Part shown: piece after piece, positions 60,526 to 64,000 of the stretch
How positions within the stretch are numbered: the stretch's first letter is position 1
Layout of the letters: each line of letters starts with the position of its first letter
Assembly: GCA_045863295.1 (NCBI GenBank)
Contig: BTWA01000027.1
Coordinates: 1-64,000, forward strand
Reading direction: 5' to 3'
Source of the DNA: Candidatus Hydrogenedentota bacterium
GTDB taxonomy: Bacteria; Hydrogenedentota; Hydrogenedentia; Hydrogenedentales; SLHB01
Length of the DNA stretch: 64,000 nt
Position numbers and translations under genes: made by a program
The notes under the pieces: generated by a model
What the model was told of the DNA's origin: nothing
Seen by the model: only the letters and a program-made list of their open reading frames with translations
Databases searched by the model: none

Positions 60526-60849
60526 GCAATCCGAGTTGAGGAGGGAATTGCCATTTCGAATTTGAGTGGACAATTCTTGAAACGTCAAAACAACTACCTT
60601 CCTGCCCGAGGCTTGTTTGGACGCTGCTACGATCATTGCGTGCGCAAACCTAGCGCCAGTCACATCTTAGCCCAATCCTACTCAGATTGAAATGCTATGT
60701 TTGCGGGGGATCCTCCAATATTCATCCAATAGGAGGTGAACCGATCCGTGCTCAGGGGGTTAAGATGCCATGGCTGCCATGAACCTAGCCAGCGCGTGTA
60801 ATGTTGCTGTACCTTGCGAGGCTTGGATTTTGCCTTGGCTAGAAAACTG

Positions 60850-60878
60850 TTGACAGAATTGCTCATCTCCGGTAAAAT
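60850..60878 (+). promoter_or_regulatory. sigma70 promoter of the small ORF at 60943
   Basis: TTGACA-N17-TAAAAT. Confidence 0.75.
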
Positions 60879-60942
60879 ATACTCGTGGGTCAAAGGACGC
60901 TCGGCTCTTTTACTTGAGCCAGTTATGAGGAGAATGCAACCC

Positions 60943-61137
60943 GTGAAGCACTGCAAACGCATTACCAAATCCCTGCCAATTGTGGCGGCTCCGTGGGCGG
61001 AATTCGTATGCCGGGTGTCGACCATTTGGTTCGATATCCTGTCGACCAAGCAGGGCTCAATTCCATTTTTGACCTACATCGACGAAAAGTGCCAGCCGAG
61101 CGAAGATTTGGAAGGTCAAAACAATACCGGCGGATAA
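60943..61137 (+). CDS. Small hypothetical protein (about 64 aa)
   Basis: Own promoter, GAGGAG RBS 10 nt before GTG, and a downstream terminator. Confidence 0.65.
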   Translation: MKHCKRITKSLPIVAAPWAEFVCRVSTIWFDILSTKQGSIPFLTYIDEKCQPSEDLEGQNNTGG

Positions 61138-61169
61138 TCCTCCTTCGAGAACTGGACAAAATCAATCCG

Positions 61170-61203
61170 GGCACATGCAGGGGATCCTGTTTGTGCCTTT
61201 TTT
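61170..61203 (+). terminator. Rho-independent terminator after the small ORF
   Basis: GGCACAtGCAGG-ggat-CCTGTtTGTGCC followed by T6. Confidence 0.75.
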
Positions 61204-61386
61204 ATTTGACCCAGTTCAATTTAGGTTCTCTCTTGCCATGCAGTGGCGCCTCATCACCGTTCGTGACACGTTGCAAAGGCATACATGAATACATAAGGCG
61301 AAAGTCCCGAAAAGCGGGACTTAATCTGGCGGACCTGAACGGTCGGTCACGAGGCCTAGGATGATTTTCCAGGCGGGAGCGATATA

Positions 61387-61596
61387 ATGGGAGAATCCCT
61401 AAATCAGTCCGGTGCTGGTGAAGTGACCTGTTCATTTTGTGGCAGAGCCATGCGGCCGTCAAACGGAAACCGCTGGACCGCAACCGTGGCATTTGAGTGC
61501 CCGCCCTGTGAAAACTATCGGTTGGTAGTACGGTCAGGGCGCGAGTTTCCACCTATGATTGGCTTGCTTTACCCGCAATACATGCCGTCCCGATAG
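61387..61596 (+). CDS. Possible small zinc-ribbon protein (69 aa)
   Basis: CSFC...CPPC pair. GGGAG RBS 7 nt before ATG. Confidence 0.45.
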   Translation: MGESLNQSGAGEVTCSFCGRAMRPSNGNRWTATVAFECPPCENYRLVVRSGREFPPMIGLLYPQYMPSR

Positions 61597-61734
61597 TCGA
61601 ATTCCCTTCCACCAAACGTCAACCATGCGGCATTTGAAGCGTCTCAATTTCAGGTGCTATACTTTTCCAACGTATTCGTTGACAACAGCTTGCAGCGGCC
61701 AATTCGCTTCAAAGCGGCGATAGAATGGGCATCC

Positions 61735-62244
61735 TTGCGTGCATACTTGAGTCTTGGCAGCAACCTTGGTGACAAGACCGCCAATCTGGTCTTGGGTATT
61801 CGAGGCATCGCGGCATTGCAGGGAGTACGTTTGAACCGCGTATCCAGTTTTTACAAGACAAGGCCTTGGGGATACATCGAGCAGCCTTCTTTTGTCAATG
61901 CGGCGGCCGCGGTTACGACCGACCTAGACCCCGTTGCGTTACTGGATGACCTCCAGGCCGTCGAACGCGGGCTTGGACGTGTACCGGGTACGCGCTGGTC
62001 GTCCAGGGTGTTTGATGCGGATATCGTACTTATGGACGAGTTGCAGGTGGAGTCAGAGAGGTTGTGTATTCCGCACCGGCTCTTCCGGGAGCGCGCATTC
62101 GTACTGATTCCACTCGCCGAGATTGCAGCTGAAGTTGTAGACCCGGTATCTGGAAGGGCGATTGGCGAATTAGCCGGGCTTTTCGGGAACGATGCTGGTT
62201 TGGTTAAGATTGGTACTTACGAAGATTTTGCACTAAAGGTGTAG
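61735..62244 (+). CDS. folK: 2-amino-4-hydroxy-6-hydroxymethyldihydropteridine diphosphokinase; start uncertain
   Basis: AYLSLGSNLGD, SSFYKT.PWG, FVNA, RW..R.FD.DI, IPH....ERAFVL.PLAEI. Confidence 0.92.
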   Translation: MRAYLSLGSNLGDKTANLVLGIRGIAALQGVRLNRVSSFYKTRPWGYIEQPSFVNAAAAVTTDLDPVALLDDLQAVERGLGRVPGTRWSSRVFDADIVLMDELQVESERLCIPHRLFRERAFVLIPLAEIAAEVVDPVSGRAIGELAGLFGNDAGLVKIGTYEDFALKV

Positions 62245-62315
62245 CCTGCTGAACCGCTCCGCTTGGAGCCCAACAGGGACCGGGACGGGTTACGTCACGG
62301 TTCAGGAGCTGCCGG

Positions 62316-63113
62316 ATGAAACGTATTACCGCGGTCACTATTAGGGACCGCAAGCCCGCCGGCGAAAAGATTGCCGTATTGACCGCATACGATTTTCCCT
62401 CCGCGCGGATCATGGATGAGGCCGGCATCGACATCATACTGGTTGGCGATTCGTGTGGCATGGCGGTGATGGGGAAATCCAGTACGCTTGGCGTGACCAT
62501 GGAACACATGGTCTACCACACTGAACTGGTTTCTCGAGCAGTACAGCGTGCCCTCGTGGTGGCGGATTTGCCGTTCATGGCGTATCAAGTAACTGCCGAA
62601 GACGCCGTCCGCAATGCTGGCCGTTTGGTCGCGGAAGGGGGGGCGCAGGCGGTCAAGCTGGAAGGCCCGGCCCGGTTGTATGGCAGTGCGGTCCAGCGAA
62701 TCGTGGAGGCGGGTATTCCGGTCATGGGACACCTTGGACTGACGCCACAGTCCATCAATCGGTTCGGTGGGTTCAAGGTGCAAGGCCGCGAGGCCGATGC
62801 CGCGGATCAGATGGTTGCAGATGCCAAAGCGCTGGAGAAGTCGGGGTGTTTCTCTCTAGTCTTGGAATGCATTCCCCGTGATCTGTCGAAACGGATTACG
62901 GAGGCCGTGGCGATTCCGACCATTGGAATTGGCGCGGGTGGGGGGTGCGACGGGCAAGTGCTGGTTATGCACGACTTGCTGGGACTGGGCATGTATACGA
63001 AATTTTCAAAGGTATATGCCGACGTGAAAACGATTATGCACGATGCATTCGCAGCCTACGCACATGATGTTAAGAACGGAACATTCCCGGGCGAGGAACA
63101 GAGTTTTCAATGA
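62316..63113 (+). CDS. panB: 3-methyl-2-oxobutanoate hydroxymethyltransferase
   Basis: LTAYD, ILVGDS, VKLEG, GHLGLTPQS, TIGIGAG..CDGQVLV. Confidence 0.96.
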   Translation: MKRITAVTIRDRKPAGEKIAVLTAYDFPSARIMDEAGIDIILVGDSCGMAVMGKSSTLGVTMEHMVYHTELVSRAVQRALVVADLPFMAYQVTAEDAVRNAGRLVAEGGAQAVKLEGPARLYGSAVQRIVEAGIPVMGHLGLTPQSINRFGGFKVQGREADAADQMVADAKALEKSGCFSLVLECIPRDLSKRITEAVAIPTIGIGAGGGCDGQVLVMHDLLGLGMYTKFSKVYADVKTIMHDAFAAYAHDVKNGTFPGEEQSFQ

Positions 63114-63985
63114 GTGGTTTGCAAACACTTGAGACTGCCGAGGCGACTCGCGCCTGGGCGATTCAGCAGCGTTGTGCAGGCAAGTCGATTGGATTCGTGC
63201 CTACGATGGGGGCGCTTCACGAAGGGCACGGCAGTCTCATCCGGGCGAGCGTTGCGAACAATGATGTGACCATCGTGAGCATATTCGTCAATCCGGCACA
63301 ATTTGGCCCCAACGAAGACCTGGCGAAATATCCAAGGACGTTCGACGCGGACCGGTCGCTTTGCGAAGAGCTTGGCGCCGATGCCATTTACGCCCCGCGC
63401 TCGGCGTCGATGTATGCGGCGAACCACGCGACCTTTGTAAATGTTGAGCGATTGAGTACGCATTTGTGCGGCGCCTCGCGGCCTGTCTTCTTCCGGGGCA
63501 TAGCCACTGTAGTAACGAAACTGTTCAATGTTGTTTCACCGGATCGCGCCTATTTCGGCCTCAAAGACGCGCAGCAGTGTGCCGTCATCAAGCGGATGGT
63601 GCGCGATTTGGACTATTCTATCGAGATAGTCGAAATGCCCATTGTACGCGAGCCGGATGGCTTAGCCATGAGTTCTCGCAATGCGTATCTTTCGTCAAGG
63701 GATCGCGAGCGTGCGCTGTGCCTTTCAAAGTCATTGATCGAGGCTTCGAACCTGTTTGCCGAAGGCGAGCGCGATGCCAACAACATCAAGCGGTTCGTTC
63801 GTGAGCAATTGAGTGGCGTGGATATCGACTATGTGGAAGTGGTGGATGCATGCGAAATCCAGCCGGTTGATCGCATTGAGGGCAAGGTTATTTTAGCCGT
63901 TGGTGCGTGGCTTAACCAGACCCGGCTAATTGACAATATACACTTGGATCCGGACAGCAAAGTCAATTCGACCGCAAACTCCTGA
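63110..63985 (+). CDS. panC: Pantoate-beta-alanine ligase
   Basis: VPTMGALHEGH, SIFVNPAQF, FGLKDAQQ, DGLAMSSRN, RLIDN. Confidence 0.96.
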   Translation: MSGLQTLETAEATRAWAIQQRCAGKSIGFVPTMGALHEGHGSLIRASVANNDVTIVSIFVNPAQFGPNEDLAKYPRTFDADRSLCEELGADAIYAPRSASMYAANHATFVNVERLSTHLCGASRPVFFRGIATVVTKLFNVVSPDRAYFGLKDAQQCAVIKRMVRDLDYSIEIVEMPIVREPDGLAMSSRNAYLSSRDRERALCLSKSLIEASNLFAEGERDANNIKRFVREQLSGVDIDYVEVVDACEIQPVDRIEGKVILAVGAWLNQTRLIDNIHLDPDSKVNSTANS

Positions 63986-64000
63986 AGCGGCGGACATGGC

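Noticed and set aside
63996..64000. ATG at the window edge after panC
   Set aside because: Only 5 nt visible; product cannot be called.

Overview
Bacterial chromosomal window of moderately high GC with mostly intact genes and no rRNA, tRNA, IS or prophage features seen. Left end (1-12.3 kb): a multiheme cytochrome cluster. It holds a partial cytochrome with at least 14 haems, a lipoprotein-resB-ccsA System II maturation operon, a c554-like tetrahaem protein, a NapC/NirT-like quinol dehydrogenase, and an OmcA/MtrC-like decahaem lipoprotein with a collagen-like (GPQ)8 stalk. Middle: housekeeping and metabolic genes (yciH, sulfatase, two Lgt-like genes around a glycosyltransferase, dusB, gdhA, valS, HU/IHF, a propeller-PAS sensor, tsaB-rimI-GH116-coaE-flippase, SDR). 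38.7-46.4 kb: a complete type II-C CRISPR-Cas9 locus with 39 spacers, 37-nt repeats that each contain a sigma70-like promoter, cas2-cas1-cas9, and a divergent tracrRNA. It sits between a MaoC dehydratase and an acyl-CoA synthetase. 49-54.2 kb: a nitrogen-control locus with a NifA-like sigma54 activator, a second paralogue that has lost its catalytic motifs but keeps a near-identical HTH and has its own sigma54 promoter, and sigma54-driven amtB-glnK. Right end: a very large hybrid histidine kinase, two small unannotated ORFs, and folK-panB-panC. The best candidate for an undescribed system is the NifA-like activator / dead-paralogue feedback circuit. All product calls are by motif recognition; no database search was run.
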